64,000 bases of DNA from Octopus vulgaris (GCA_951406725.2 OX597830.1:72230001-72294000), one strand, 5' to 3'; shown: positions 40,781-55,688, counted from the first letter of the stretch. Notes: generated by a model from the sequence alone, not told the origin. Made by a program: numbers and translations.

Positions 40781-41227
40781 AAAATATAATACAAGCTCAG
40801 GGAAGTAAATAGGCTGAGATCATAGAGCAGTATTTATTCCGGGTTTTAACGTTTTCAATTATACCTTTTGCTCTTCCTCTATCGTTTGCTTAATGTAACT
40901 GTTAATACACTAGTGTTCAAATATCTCCCTCTACCTCTCCCTTTCTCTTCTTTTTCTTTCTACGATATCTTCATGTCAGAGTCGCGCGGATCAAAACGAG
41001 GTTTGTGTTTGCACATGTAATTACAAGAACGCCTAAAACAAAAGCGAATGTAATGTGTATACTGTTAATTCATACCCATAGCGTGCGACAGTAGGGTAAC
41101 CTTATTACATATACTAATGTTACCTTTAGCCAAAGAAGAAAACTGCACATGGTCGATAGGCCGGCTACAAATACCAGCTATATTATGCATCATATCCGCT
41201 TTGAAAAACAGCGTTTGTATTCGATCG

Positions 41228-41435
41228 TTTAGTCGACCCCAGTGCGTAACTGGTACTTATTTAATCGACCCCGAAAGGATGGAAGGCAAAGTCAACCTCG
41301 GCGGAATTTGAACTCAGAACGTACCGGCAGACGAAATACGGTTACGCATTTCGCCCGGCGTGCTAACGATTCTTATTTCTTTATTGCCCACAAGGGGCTA
41401 CACACAGAGGGGACAAACAAGGACAGACAAACAAG
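41228..41435 (-). mobile_element. SINE C with a tail-1 fragment joined into its head
   Basis: Minus strand reads ...GCCCCTTGTGGGCAATAAAGAAATA|AGAATCGTTAGCACGCCGGG... Confidence 0.85.
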
Positions 41436-42217
41436 CATCAGAGCTCGAATGCCTTTCCTCGTGTCGTAAGTATATTCGATCAGAGTAAGCCTGAGGTTAT
41501 ACAGCAACAAAAATGGCGGCCAAAGCAAGCAGAAAGAGCAGAACTAATTGAAATTACATTCCTTTTATACTGCATTAGAGGAAGTAAACACTTCTGCAAA
41601 ATGATAGTCCTAATAATGATACCTAGATTCTATATCATTAACACAACCTTCTCTATACAAATTATATCTCCTAAACACACTGTTACAATCAAGCTATATA
41701 CAATGTCTCTTCTGGTGTTTCCATAGAAATATCAGAACGGGCTTGAAATAACGTTGTAACTTACATTCTTTAAAACTTTTCAAACCATTACGGTTCTAAC
41801 TATACTGGAGCAACGGTGGTTATAAAGAAATTAGTCATTCCATAGTTTATTTGTAAATCATTTAAGTGTTTATTAGATTTAGAATCAAATCTGTTAATTA
41901 CAGCGAAACATTAACGGTCGATTAGATACTGTTCCTTGCTCACCAAAACTAACACCAACACCACCACCGCTGGTATCGCCGTCGCCATTTCGTTTAGAAA
42001 CCTTTCTCGGTGTTTTTGTTGTTCTTCTTCGTCGTTAAAATTCGGTTGCAACGAAGCATACGGTTTTCTGATTTGGCAGAGTTGACAACAAATTGCATTA
42101 TGTCGTGTGTAGATAAACTTGTCTTCAGTGAACGTGAGATATTTCAATATATACATACATAAATGCGTTTATATACACACGTACTGACACACATACACAC
42201 ACACACTCACACACACA

Positions 42218-42258
<41 letters not shown>

Positions 42259-42832
42259 GCAGACATACATATACATATATATATATATGCACATATATCT
42301 ACAAATACAGACGTACATATTTTAATGTATGTATATATATATATATATATATATAAACACACATACATACGCATACGCGCATATTTATATATAGAGATAT
42401 ATAAATACATACACACACACAAACACATACACTTGCACACACGCACACACAAATATACATACACATACACACACACACACACTTATATGTACTTACATAC
42501 ATACATGCATGCACACGCACTCGCACATGCACACACATGCACGCACACACACACAGAGGAGGTGGCGAAATGAAACAAAGACGAGTGAAGGGGCAAAGAA
42601 TTGCATGTAGCAGAGTTACATTATGAAAGTATTCGTTAATTAGAGTAATGAGACATTAGTAACTACAAGATCGACAACAGAAGCAGTCGATGACTAATAC
42701 CATATGCTACTTCTGTCCGCTCACAGACACGGATGTGTGTGTGTGTGAATGAGTGGGTATATATATATACATGCATACATATATATATATATATGTATGT
42801 ATGTATGTATATATATATATATACATATATAA

Positions 42833-42920
<88 letters not shown>

Positions 42921-42922
42921 GC

Positions 42923-42961
<39 letters not shown>

Positions 42962-43077
42962 TGTCTTTTATCTGTTTTTTTTCTTGTTTCAGTCATTGGA
43001 CTGCAACCATGTGGGTCACCACGTTGATCGATTTACGATAGTGTGTGTCTGTGTGTGCATGTATCTTTCTGCGTGTC

Positions 43078-43122
<45 letters not shown>

Positions 43123-44284
43123 ATATGATGTTTAACATACGCAGTCATATACACTTACACACTCACACCCACACATATACTCTAAAATTATCGATTTGGA
43201 GGGACTTGGGTCAACAGCAGCAAAACAACGACGACAGCAATGCAAACAACAACGACCACAACAGCCCCACAACAATAACAACGTATACGAAACAGTCTTC
43301 TGAGACTGACAGGAAGATACACCATCACCAGTTATTTACGCAGTGAAAGTTTTAATGAAAATGTTCTGGTTATTAATACTGGAAAACAAAACGCTGTTTT
43401 ACATAGAAGCCACACAAAAGAAAGCAGCGTGTGACAAGAAATGAAACGAATGGATGGTTGGTCGGTTGGTTGGACGAATGGATGAATAAGTCTCGCTGTT
43501 TTGTTAATAAAGGAAAGAAAATTTTAGCAATAGTTCATTCGTAACTTGTAAATGATACACTATTAGTGTTTAATTGTCAATGAAATGTCTTAAAAACAAT
43601 GAAATAACTTAGTAATGATGTAGAAAAAGAAAAAGTGTACTTCTTCGTTGAATGCCATCTACTGGTGTAGTGATGGTTGCAATGGTAGTGGTTTTGGTGG
43701 CGGTGGTTTTGGTGATGGACGCGGTGATGTTAAATGAGGCATGTTTTTCTAAAATAATTAATCGGATCAAAAGTAACATTACATGTACTTAAGTCTACAG
43801 TGCTTCTGTGTTGTTTCTTTAATAACGTCTACAGATTTGTCTTGTGCGGTTTTCTTTTAATATCGAAACATCGTTATAAAACCAGTGTGCATTAGACGTA
43901 ATAGAAGAGTTTTCTCGATAAATGGGCAAACCCTTGCATTCTTGATTTATTCTGCTTGAAGAAATGTTGCATGAAAAAGATTTAACGATCTGTCAAGTAG
44001 TTTACATTGTTATTTGGTACGAGGCGTCACTGGTTCGAAACACAAGTTTGTGATTTTGTTGAAGACGTCTCTCTCTCTCTCTCTCTCTGTGAAGCTTGTG
44101 TAGTCTGCTTGTTTATTGACAATTAACTTAGTATTCGGGTTAACATGAAGTAATTTTGAAAAAGATATATTGTACAAGGGTGACTTTCTACAACCATCTG
44201 TCGTCCGTCAAGGTCTGCGATGTCGTAGATTTATATGATTACTTAAAACAGATGTAAAACATGAAAAAAATTAGGGTAATAGCA

Positions 44285-44398
44285 ATAAAACAACAACAAT
44301 AATAATAATGAAAATAATAATAATAATAATGATAATGATAATAAAACAATAATAGTAATAATCATAATAAAGCAACGATAGTAATAATAATGATGATG

Positions 44399-44462
<64 letters not shown>

Positions 44463-44550
44463 TGATGATGATAATATAATAGTAAAACAATAATACCAAT
44501 ATTCATAATAAAACAACAACAGTAATAATAATAGTAATAATTGTAGTGGC

Positions 44551-44599
<49 letters not shown>

Positions 44600-44740
44600 A
44601 AACAACCGTGATGATGATGATGATGATGATACGAAGGAGGAGGAGGAGAAGGAGAAGGAGAATTAGGAGAAGGAGGAGAAGAAGAAGAACTAGAAGGAGA
44701 AGAAGAAGGAGGAGCAGGAAAAGAAGAAGAAAGGAAATGC
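44285..44740. repeat. Chain of trinucleotide repeats (TAA, TAG, GAT, GGA/GAA)
   Basis: Directly visible. Confidence 0.9.
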
Positions 44741-44859
44741 AAGTTCCATCTTTCTCGTCTTCAACACTAATCTGTATATTTACTTCATATATCTTGTATC
44801 TTCTTTATTAAGCTACTGCAAGCCGACGGCTGATATATCGATTTGTAGGTACTTACATA

Positions 44860-44919
<60 letters not shown>

Positions 44920-45514
44920 TATATAAATTTACATACATATGTAAGTATGAGTGTGTACATATACATTTATATACGTATATGTATAAGTATGTGTGCGTAC
45001 GTGTGCATAGATACAGTGTGTACATACAAATACCTACGCATAAAAATACCCACACAAAAATCCTTGCACATCTATTTATCTACCGACACGTATATCGTAT
45101 GTACCATGGCTTCAGTAGATTACGTACCTGTGTTGTGGTTAGCAGTCCAAGATAGTGTCCCCACATTCTGGCTACAGAGACATCATAAAATACAGGATGT
45201 AGAGAGAAAGAGATGAGTCAGTAGACAGATGATATTCATTTCAGCTGAGTACAAGGGAAAAAGTAAAATGAAACCTTTAAAGTACACAATGCTCTGTCCA
45301 GCGCTAGTACCGAAACTACACCCCTGTGATCGTGGAATGAACATCCTAACCACAGATTCAGCATTAATGGTGATATTATACATAAGCAGTGAGGTTGAGT
45401 ATCTGGCGATATGTTAAATTTGTACAGTGTACAATTCTAGTGGAAGGTCATTCCACTAGAGTTCTGAACTCTATTGGAGGAAGACAGTAAGTTATGTTAA
45501 TATGTCATCCCTAA

Positions 45515-46680
45515 GACAGTGATTTGGCAGAAACGTTAGCACGCCGGGCGAAATGCATAGCCGTATTTCGTCTGCCGTTACGTTCTGAGTTCAAATTCCG
45601 CCGAGGTCGACTTTGCCTTTCATTCTTTCGGGGTCGATAAATTAAGTACCAGTTACGCACTGGGGTCGATGTAATCGACTTAATCCTTTTGTCTGTCCTT
45701 GTTTGTTCCCTCTGTGTGTAGCCCCTTGTGGGTAATAAAGAAATAGGTATTTCGTCTGCTGGAACGTTGTGAGTTCAAATTCCGCCGAGGTCGACTTTGC
45801 CTTTCATTCTTTCGGCGTCGATAAATTAAGTACCAGTTACGCACTGGGGTCGATGTAATCGACTTAATCCTTTTGTCTGTCCTTGTTTGTTCCCTCTGTG
45901 TGTAGCCCCTTGTGGGTAATAAAGAAATAGGTATTTCGTCTGCTGGAACGTTGTGAGTTCAAATTCCGCCGAGGTCGACTTTGCCTTTCATTCTTTCGGC
46001 GTCGATAAATTAAGTACCAGTTACGCACTGGGGTCGATGTAATCGACTTAATCCTTTTGTCTGTCCTTGTTTTTCCCTCTGTGTGTAGCCCCTTGTGGGT
46101 AATAAAGAAATAGGTATTTCGTCTGCTGGAACGTTGTGAGTTCAAATTCCGCCGAGGTCGACTTTGCCTTTCATTCTTTCGGCGTCGATAAATTAAGTAC
46201 CAGTTACGCACTGGGGTCGATGTAATCGACTTAATCCTTTTGTCTGTCCTTGTTTGTTCCCTCTGTGTGTAGCCCCTTGTGGGTAATAAAGAAATAGGTA
46301 TTTCGTCAGCTGGAACGTTGTGAGTTCAAATTCCGCCGAGGTCGACTTTGCCTTTCATTCTTTCGGCGTCGATAAATTAAGTACCAGTTACGCACTGGGG
46401 TCGATGTAATCGACTTAATCCTTTTGTCTGTCCTTGTTTGTTCCCTCTGTGTGTAGCCCCTTGTGGGCAGTAAAGAAATAAGAATCGTTAGACACAGTGT
46501 CACATGCTTAGCAGTATTTTGTCTGTCTTTACGTTCTAAGTTCAAATTCTGCCGAGGTCACCTTTGCTGTTCATCCTTTCGGGGTCGATAAAATAAGTAT
46601 CTGTTGATCCCGTGAATGAGCATAATCGACCCATTCCTTCCCTCGGACTTGCTGGCCATTTGCCAAAGATTGAAATTAAT
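45515..46680 (+). repeat. Tandem array of five 183-184-bp SINE C-derived units inside an older SINE C
   Basis: Units start (GTATTTCGTC) at 45563, 45747, 45931, 46114 and 46298; units 2-5 are nearly identical; an older diverged copy resumes at 46481. Confidence 0.95.
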
Positions 46681-46759
46681 ATATATCAACCTATTATTCG
46701 ACTTAATCAAAGACCTATATGTACTCGAAGGTTACGTAAAGAAAATCAAGTGTTTTCAC

Positions 46760-47330
46760 GTTGGTCTCTATTGAGTCCTTGACGCCAAGAAAATTCCTGG
46801 TATGGATGAGATCCGTCCCAATCCTATCGCATGTGTAGCCAGTCTTTACTCTCGATGTTGCCAGAGTATCGCCTCTGCAGACGCCAGAGCTACTTGAGAG
46901 GAATTTCATATGTAGTAACTCCAGGATGAATAAACTAATAAGAGCACACACATCATTAGTGTCAAATGAGACGCTATGAGTAGTTGCACTTGATCTTGGC
47001 CGAACCCTTAATGAAGAGTAGGTTTCATTCTGTCGTGTGTGATAATACGTATGCCCATATCTCTAATTTTGAGGTCTTAGCTAAATCCAATGTCTTATTC
47101 TATGACACTCTTGGTATAGACGAAATACTACGATGTATCCAACTAGATAAACATTGATCTAGCCGTGCCGCTATTGATTTAAACCATATGATTACCTCAC
47201 TAGTATTGCGCCAGAGGGCGACAGCAAAGGCTCTTCTAATGCTGTTGTTGACGTTCATGGCCGATCTCTATGCATTGATCAAGCAGCATTTGGAGTTAGA
47301 ATTGCAGTTTAGATTATGGATTTCGATTTG
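46760..47330 (+). mobile_element. Very old LINE RT remnant (CR1/Jockey-like)
   Basis: Weak colinear motifs LDAKKIPGMDEI, VVALDL and LLLTFMADL, in the order expected for RT. Confidence 0.35.
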
Positions 47331-47369
47331 CTAGTATATCTACCGAATCCTTCATTACCTGGTCTATAG

Positions 47370-47588
47370 TGGAGAGGTATGGTTTAGTGGTTAGGATGTT
47401 GGGCTTGTGATTGTAAGATTGTGGTTTCGATTCCTGGACCAGCTAATGTGGTGTGTTTCACGTTGCTCCTGTTGCACAATTGGCAAAAAAAGTAATCCTG
47501 CGATTTAACGGCGTCTTGTGTAGTTGGGGAATTTATATACCACGGAAACCGGAAAACCGACCCTTATGTGTCGGCATGACCCGATTAG
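47370..47588 (+). mobile_element. Diverged tRNA-headed SINE (B-like head, different tail)
   Basis: TGGTTTAGTGGTTAGG...GGTTTCGATTCC...TTTCACGTTGCTCC...CCACGGAAACCGG. Confidence 0.6.
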
Positions 47589-47690
47589 GTGACCTTTACC
47601 TTTTTGGGGTGGGAGCTATAGCTTTTGGCTAACAAAGACTTGTATGTATGCTTTCTTGTAAGTTTGTACGATGTTGTAAAGAAACTGTGA

Positions 47691-47721
<31 letters not shown>

Positions 47722-48433
47722 TGATATAAAAAATATACGATGAGTTTTCGTCAGAGTGACTCAAACTAATAAGTGTGTACTCTGAGTGCTCAATTTGGTA
47801 TGCCACCAAAATTCCGGTATGAACTGCAGTAGAATATGCGATTTTGCGACTGCCTTTCTAAAACGGCTAGAAGTGGCTTCCTCTTGAGCAGATGTGTATA
47901 GTTTAAAACAGAGACGAAAAAGCAAACAATTTGGTAACACTTCACAAGAACATTTAATTTAGCTGTATAATAAAATATATTATAATAAAAATGTGTATCT
48001 AATATCTCACAGCTGTTTCGAGAATATTCCAGCTATTGGAACACCGTGCCGAGCGAGGATTCCATAGCCGAGTATTCCGAGCATTCCATATGCCGAAAAG
48101 ATAAACGGATGTACCAGCGAAAGAATATTACTCAACATTTATATTGATATAATTATAGTAGTAGTATTCATATTGTCTAAAAGAGGAGCTATCCAATTAG
48201 AGTCCATTTAAAATATGTATTCGAGAGGTAAATCCCTGGAGATATGACTATATGTATGTAATCACAAACTCTGTTGAACGTAGATGCAGTTCACTGCTGT
48301 TGATCTCTGAATGAATCATCTCCAAAATTCTTGGCAACTTTGTGAAACATCAAACTCAAATAGTGGAGATTTCTTTTTCTATTTTGGTAGAAACCTTAGC
48401 TTTATGACTAAGGGATACCTGCTCCTCGCACCC

Positions 48434-48480
<47 letters not shown>

Positions 48481-48633
48481 TATATATATATGTATATATG
48501 AAGGGGTGCCTATATGCATACTTACATACATATATAGATTACGTATATGCATACATACATATACACACAGATACTACACATGTATGTATGTGTATGTATC
48601 TATCTACATAATTATATATATGACATATATGAC

Positions 48634-48681
<48 letters not shown>

Positions 48682-48712
48682 ATATATATATATATACACA
48701 TATACATATATA

Positions 48713-48919
48713 CAGAGTGTCCCAGAAGTTGCGCACCATCCTGGGTTTTTTAAAAGAATACACCCTTATTGATTTCAAAAACACTTTTTAAAAATTAATC
48801 GTAACAAAGGCTCAAATTGAGCGCCCCCTACAATAAAACATGCAGAAAAAATATAATAAAATAAAATGCTTTAATTATTTTTAATGAAAACCAGAATGGA
48901 GCGCGACTTTTGGAACACC

Positions 48920-48922
<3 letters not shown>
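48713..48922. mobile_element. Tc1/mariner-superfamily MITE (210 bp)
   Basis: TA|CAGAGTGTCCCAGAAGTTGCGCACCATCCTGG ... CCAGAATGGAGCGCGACTTTTGGAACACCCTG|TA. Confidence 0.85.
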
Positions 48923-48976
<54 letters not shown>

Positions 48977-49543
48977 CATACATACATATCTGTATATGTA
49001 TACATATGTATGTATATATATATACAAAATAATAATATGTGTGCATACATGTCGTGAACTTGCCCCAGCCTCTTTTTTCATACTTGTGATATTTCTAATA
49101 ATTCTCCATAATAACGACATAGTTGTTTTACATGTCCTTTGAGCGTGTTTTATAGTTCATAAAACATATAAGAAAAATAAAGATTTCAAGTAGATCATTT
49201 ATCATTAAATAATTATTCAAACACAGTGGCCTTATGCCAATATGTGAAACCAGTAATAGCTTAAGATTATTTCTTTTTCTTTTTTCTGTTTGTGTCGTCT
49301 ATAAACATATCATTTATTAGGTAAATAGATGCTGATGGTGATCAAAATAATGTTTAAGAGAATTATGGAGCAGAAATTAGAAAGGGCGCTCTCATATTAC
49401 TTAGTAAATGCTTACTTTACGGCCTTGATTCACTGATAAGTCAGTCACGAAAGAGAACATAGATGTATACATATTCACACATATATACTGAAACCATCAT
49501 AATAACCATATATACTCATAGAGATATATCCTGTCTCTTTTCC

Positions 49544-49585
<42 letters not shown>

Positions 49586-50593
49586 CAGACACTTAGACAG
49601 AAGCACTCATATAGACATACATATGTGTGTGTATGTATGTATCTATTCTTCTTGCAAAAGTTCAGAAGATTTTCGCAAGAATAAGCTTCAAACAAACTAA
49701 ATGAGACAATCAAAATAGAAGCTACATAGATAATGATTTCCTATATCCAACACACATGCACACATAAACACAAAGACACACACACACGAACGCACATTCA
49801 CGTGTAAACTTCCATAAATTTGTATACAATATATCCGTGCGTGCCTCTGTGGTAATTAGACAAACATGATTTTCACTGCATGAAGTAAATAAACTGAAAT
49901 AATGGATTTCAAACAAATACATATAAACAAACAAACGCAATATGCTCATATATACCTTACAAGAACCTTCCGGGACAACAAAATGTTTCCCAAAGAAAAG
50001 TTTTCTAGTAAAACATTGCTCTGTAAAGCAGCCGGTCACGGAAGGCTGAATATAAAACTATCTGATAAGCGCATATGTTAAGTAAAACACATTTATTCGT
50101 TGTAACGTCATCAGATATGTGTATATAAGTATCTTGAGGAATATGCACACAAAGGCGTTTCATATGTACCCAGATATTACAATAATCTACATGATTTACA
50201 CAGTGCACATTTTAATAACAAAGAATACTCTCAATAACAGACAATAAGTACGTGTTAAAATTACATATAACGTTTTATATGTATGCGTATGCGTTTTAGA
50301 TATAGAGTGTGAACGCACACGCACATACAAGTACTTACACTCAAACACGCGCACGCACACACACACACACACACACGCACAAACACACAGGCAAACACAC
50401 ACACGCGCGCGCACACAAATAGATCCGATAGCAGAATTGAGAGAAGGGATGTCTACTCTAGTTCGAAGTTGTTTCGTAAACTGTGTCTAGTTACGTCAAC
50501 CACACTACATCGTCCACGACACATTTACAGATAAATATACGTCTATATTCACATATATAAATGTGTATATAAGTTTATATACACACACACATA

Positions 50594-51827
50594 CACAGAC
50601 ATAACAGAAGTAAATAGACACCATAGAAAAACATCGTTATATGTTGACTCTAATTTGTAAGGTTCATATTTTTTATTTATTATCATTTTTATGTTTTAGG
50701 TTCTATGTGTGACTGTTTAATCATGCCATGTACAAAAGAAGCCTTGGTACTGTCTCAATTTCATAGAGGCCGTATTGTTGGTCATTTTGATGGTGGACAT
50801 AACGTAAAATCGCAGAAAACCTTGAGATCCCCCTTGCTACAGTTAACAGAGTGATTGTGCAATTCACCAAAGAGGGGAAAGAGTCCACATTACTTTGCCC
50901 AGATCAATCAGGACCCTGTGACAAGACACTTCTCTTTGCTAAGAGAAGTGTCGCAGATAATCCTCGCTGCAAGGCCTCTGACATAGCAGAACACGTTGAT
51001 GTCAGTCCCAGAACAGCTGTCAGGTATCCCCACAAACTTGGTTACTATGATAAAGCAGCAAGAGGGAAGCCACCTTTTCGACTAGCCAACATCAAGCGGT
51101 GAAAACACTGGGCCAGTTAAATGGTGGAGAGGCCACTGGCATTTTGGGACACTGTCATATTCTCTGATGAGGTCAGATTTGCTGTGTTTCCTGAAAGTGG
51201 TCGAGTGAGGGTCTGGAGACTGTAATCAAGAATTTGATGTGAAAATATTGCAGCCAACAATGAAACACAGCAGCTATTTTATGATGGTCTGGGGAGCAAG
51301 TTGGAGCAATGGTTGATCAAAGCTGGTGGAATGTGAGGGAAACAAACTCAGTTAAATATGTGTCCGTATTGCAGAAAAGCCTCCTTCCAATCTCCTCCAG
51401 TGGTGAAATGATTAAAGAAGACTCTTTATGGAAGATTAGGCTGCTTGTCACTTGGCTAAAATGACCCAAGATTTGTTGGATGAGAATAGCATTAAAAAAA
51501 ACTCCCTTAGCCAAGCCAGTCTCTAGATATGAACCCTTTGGAGCACCCCTGGGACATAATGGACAGGACACTTCATATAAAGAACAAGAAAGCATCTTTA
51601 AAGTCAGATTGTTTGAAATTACTGCAGGAAACTTGACAAGAAGATAATATTCGTCATCTGATCAAATAACATGCCTAATAAGGTCCTTGCATTGAAATAT
51701 GCAAAGAGAATGTCTACAAAATATTAAACATTCACATTATAAGAATTAATGAATAATTTGAATTTATAAATCCAGATATACATAAATTTAATTATAGAGG
51801 TGTCTATTTACTTATGTCATGTCTGTG
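50594..51827 (+). mobile_element. Tc1/mariner DNA transposon with pseudogenised transposase (second family)
   Basis: TIRs CACAGACATAACAGAAGTAAATAGACACC / GGTGTCTATTTACTTATGTCATGTCTGTG, with TA flanks; [42 protein letters not shown]. Confidence 0.92.
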
Positions 51828-51848
51828 TATGTACATGTGTGTGCGTGT

Positions 51849-51893
<45 letters not shown>

Positions 51894-52034
51894 TGTGTGT
51901 GTGTGTATACACAATCGTGGAGTAAAATAAGGTACAAACTGTATATTAGAACAAACTATGGCCGATGAAATATCAGATTTAGATAAAATTACAGTGAGCA
52001 GTGTTTGGTTTTCCGAATCCCTGTTCTTGTTGTT

Positions 52035-52155
<121 letters not shown>

Positions 52156-52639
52156 TGTTCGTGTGTGTAAACATGCACACGCACACGTATAATATATAAC
52201 GTATGAAATCGAGATACGTAGCCATGCATGCTTATATATAAACGTGTACATGTTTGTATGCGTATGTTTGCCTATATCTCTCCGTCTCTGATTCTGTCTC
52301 TTCCTTTTTTATATGTCGGTGTGTCTGTGCATGTGTGTGCATTAGAGAATGAAAGTGCATTCGTGTACAAACTGATTTGAGCAATAGAAATCTTATATGC
52401 ATATGTAAGTGTGAATATGTGACTTTATATTTATGAATATGCATGGCATGTATACGTGATTTCTTTATATAAGTATACGTGCGTACATCTATAATATGCG
52501 TTTTCTACCACCATATATCTTAACACGCAGTGTCTTTGACTCATCATTAAATTATCCAATTAAAAATTGGGAAATGTATAAATAAATAGATAAATTATAC
52601 AATCCAAGAACTCTTTGCAATAAAGAAAAAGAAAGAAAA

Positions 52640-52691
<52 letters not shown>

Positions 52692-53591
52692 AGAAGAGCT
52701 AAAATCTCGAAGATGTGAATGGAATGATATTAGAAGACTAATACAAAAATTTGAGTTTGCATTCTCCATCTTATTTTTTTCCATTTTCTTTCTTCCGTTC
52801 TTTCTAACACCTTTCTTTGTCTCGTCTCTTTATTCGTCATTAGCAAGAAAACAGACAGAAATCATATCAACAAAAGAAACAAGGAGTAGCTTTGCGTTGT
52901 AGCTAGTTAGTTAGCTTTAATAATCCTTTAGCTAGAAGAACTTCCATGTCTGGCGGCAGTATAAAGACAATAGCACATAAAACATGTCAGTTCTAATTAA
53001 AACTCTACTCCGTGACGACCTTATTGCATTTGGCGTGTTTAATTTACGTCCAGCATATCTGGTCTGACTCGCTCGATTTATTTTCGAAGTCTTTTGAATC
53101 CGGTTCACATGCTCACAGTATTCTATTCCATACTTCCCACCACCACCACCACCACCACCACCACCACCACTACCATCACCACATATCATCCACCGTTGTT
53201 ATTATTGTTATTGTTGTCATGGTTATTATTGCTTTTTGTCGTTGTTGATGTACACGTCGTTATTGATTTGGCAGAATCGGTAAAACGATGGGTATTTAGT
53301 TCACGTTTCTTTATGCGTAGAGTTCGAATAGTGACTGGAGCCTACTTCACTTTTTATACTACCCGTGGTCACTGAAATATAGTAACATTTGAAATCTGTG
53401 TCGATCATAATTTTCTGTATCCTCACTACGACCAAATTAATGATTCCTTATATGTATGTATGTATGCATTGTATGTATGTATGTATGTATGTATGTATGT
53501 ATGTATGTATGTATGTATGTATGTATGTATGTATGTATGTATGTATGTATGTATGAATGTACGTACGTATATATTTATATATCATATATAC

Positions 53592-53632
<41 letters not shown>

Positions 53633-53637
<5 letters not shown>

Positions 53638-53808
53638 TTTGGACAAAATAATAGAAATACCTTTAAATTTCAAACAAATTTATTTTAATATGAAATAAAA
53701 CCAACTTTGGTAGTAATTACAGCTTGAATTCTACGCGGTATGGACTCGTACAAAGTCTGAATTGTTTCCAAAGGAATTTTTGTCCATTCTTCAACTAAAA
53801 CAGTCTCC
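53633..53808 (-). mobile_element. Terminal fragment of the Tc1 family seen at 13808
   Basis: Matches 13808-13985 and encodes EEWTKIPLETIQTLYESIPRRIQAVI. Confidence 0.85.
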
Positions 53809-53827
53809 ACATATATACACATACACC

Positions 53828-53923
<96 letters not shown>

Positions 53924-54307
53924 TACATATATACATATATATATATATAAATACTGAAGAGAATAAATAAGAAGAGATATAGAAGAAAAAGTAAAGTATA
54001 CCAACGACACCTATACCACAGCACTTGCAGTCGCGATCTGAGTAAAACTGACCAAATGTTTTGCCAGATTTAATTCTATGCACATAATATATTCTGGACT
54101 CTTATACAGCGAAAGTTCAAACTTACCAGCAGCATACTAGTATACAAGTATTTAACAATGCAAAACCATGCTGTATACTGGACACTAGTGTCTGAGATAT
54201 TTATGGATAAAATGTAGTGAGTCGAACAATCTGTATGTTGTAGTTAGTTACAGCCATTTATGTTAAAATCTTACTGATGTAAATTTAGCCAGTAATACCC
54301 CCTTGGT

Positions 54308-54512
54308 AAGACGGTGAGCCTGCAGAATCGTTAGCACGTCGGTAAAAATATATAGTGGCATTTCTTCCGTCTTTTGACGTTCCGAGTTCAAATCCGATCG
54401 ACATCAACTTTGCCTTTCATCCCTTCGTGGACGATAAAATAACGTACCAGTCGAGTAGTAGGGTCGATGAAATCGACTTGTTCTCTCCCTGCGAAATTAC
54501 TGACTTTGAACC
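54308..54512 (+). mobile_element. Diverged SINE C
   Basis: GCAGAATCGTTAGCACG...GAGTTCAAATCC...TTTGCCTTTCATCCC. Confidence 0.75.
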
Positions 54513-54524
54513 TTGCAACGAACA

Positions 54525-54900
54525 GACACACTCGCTAAATATCTTGACACAAAGACTGATGGTGCTTACTCGCACGTTGCGGGATTTCTGAATATCTTCC
54601 AGGGAAAGAATCCGATACAAATCTGCGTAGAAGTTTTCTTATCATCATTGATGCCATTAGAAAGAGCCACTTAGGTTTCTCTGGACAATGCTGGGGAGCT
54701 AGGGAAGAACTCGCAAGTGACACACACATATTGACATTCCGATATGGATATAAAGGAATCAATCTGCCGATCGGAAAAATGCCGCCGTCCATTAGTTCTC
54801 TATGAATATAGATTTTGCGATAGACGTCTAAATCCCATACAAGATACTCGTGATGGGTGAAGTGATTGAGTCGGATAAATCCAAAGAAAATCGATCAGAG
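54525..54900 (+). mobile_element. Decayed RTE-clade LINE C-terminus
   Basis: TLAKYLDTKTDGAY...TRTLR...LNI...DAIRKSHLGFSGQCWGAREELASD, resembling the RTE-type 'LDGxYTRMLR..LNISW..IRxRRLxFAGHCWR'. Confidence 0.6.
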
Positions 54901-54957
54901 GATGTATTGATGATGGTGATGATGATGATGATGATGAGGAGGGGGAGGATGATCATT

Positions 54958-54992
<35 letters not shown>

Positions 54993-55194
54993 TGTCGTTT
55001 TCCTCACCATCATCATCAAGATGGTTATGGTGGTGGTGGTGGTGATGGTGGATGTGTTGGTTGTGGTGGTTAATTTAGAGGTGACAGTGTTAGAGGTAGT
55101 GGTGGTAGAAATCGTGGTGGTGGTATTGGTGTTGCAGATGATACTGTAGATGATAATAATGATGGTTGTGGTGGTGGTTATGTTGTTGTTGATA

Positions 55195-55239
<45 letters not shown>

Positions 55240-55349
55240 GTGAATATCGTGGTGGTTGTGATGGTGGGGGGGAGGTAGTGGTGATGCTGGTGATAGTGGT
55301 CTTAGTGGTCATGACGAAGGTGATGCTGCATTGAATGACTACATAGAGG

Positions 55350-55664
55350 AAAACTCCGTCGGTTGCGAGAACGAGGGTCCCAGCTGATACGATCAACGGA
55401 ATGGCTTGCTCGATAAATTAACGTGTAAGTGGCTGAGCACTCCACAAACACGTGTATCCCTAACGTAGTTCTCGGGGAGATTCAGCGTGATACAGAGGCT
55501 GGCCCTTTGAAATACAGGTACAACTCATTTTTGCAGCTGAGTGGACTGCAGCAACGTGAAATAAAGTGTCTTGCTCAAGGACACAACGCATCGCCGGGAA
55601 TTGAACTCACGACCTTACGATCATGAGCCGAATGCCCCCTAACCACTAAGCCACGCGCCTTCAC
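55350..55664 (-). mobile_element. SINE with the family B tail but a different head and body
   Basis: The tail from GTTGTACCTGTATTTCAAAGGG onward matches B; the 5' part reads GAAGGCGCGTGGCTTAGTGG...GAGTTCAATTCCC...GTTGTGTCCTTGAGCAAGACAC. Confidence 0.85.
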
Positions 55665-55688
55665 ACTACATAGCGACACAACACACAA

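Noticed and set aside
45563-46481. CRISPR-like array or retrozyme
   Set aside because: The units are contiguous and near-identical with no unique spacers or cas genes, and I found no CTGANGA hammerhead core on either strand; the unit is SINE-derived.
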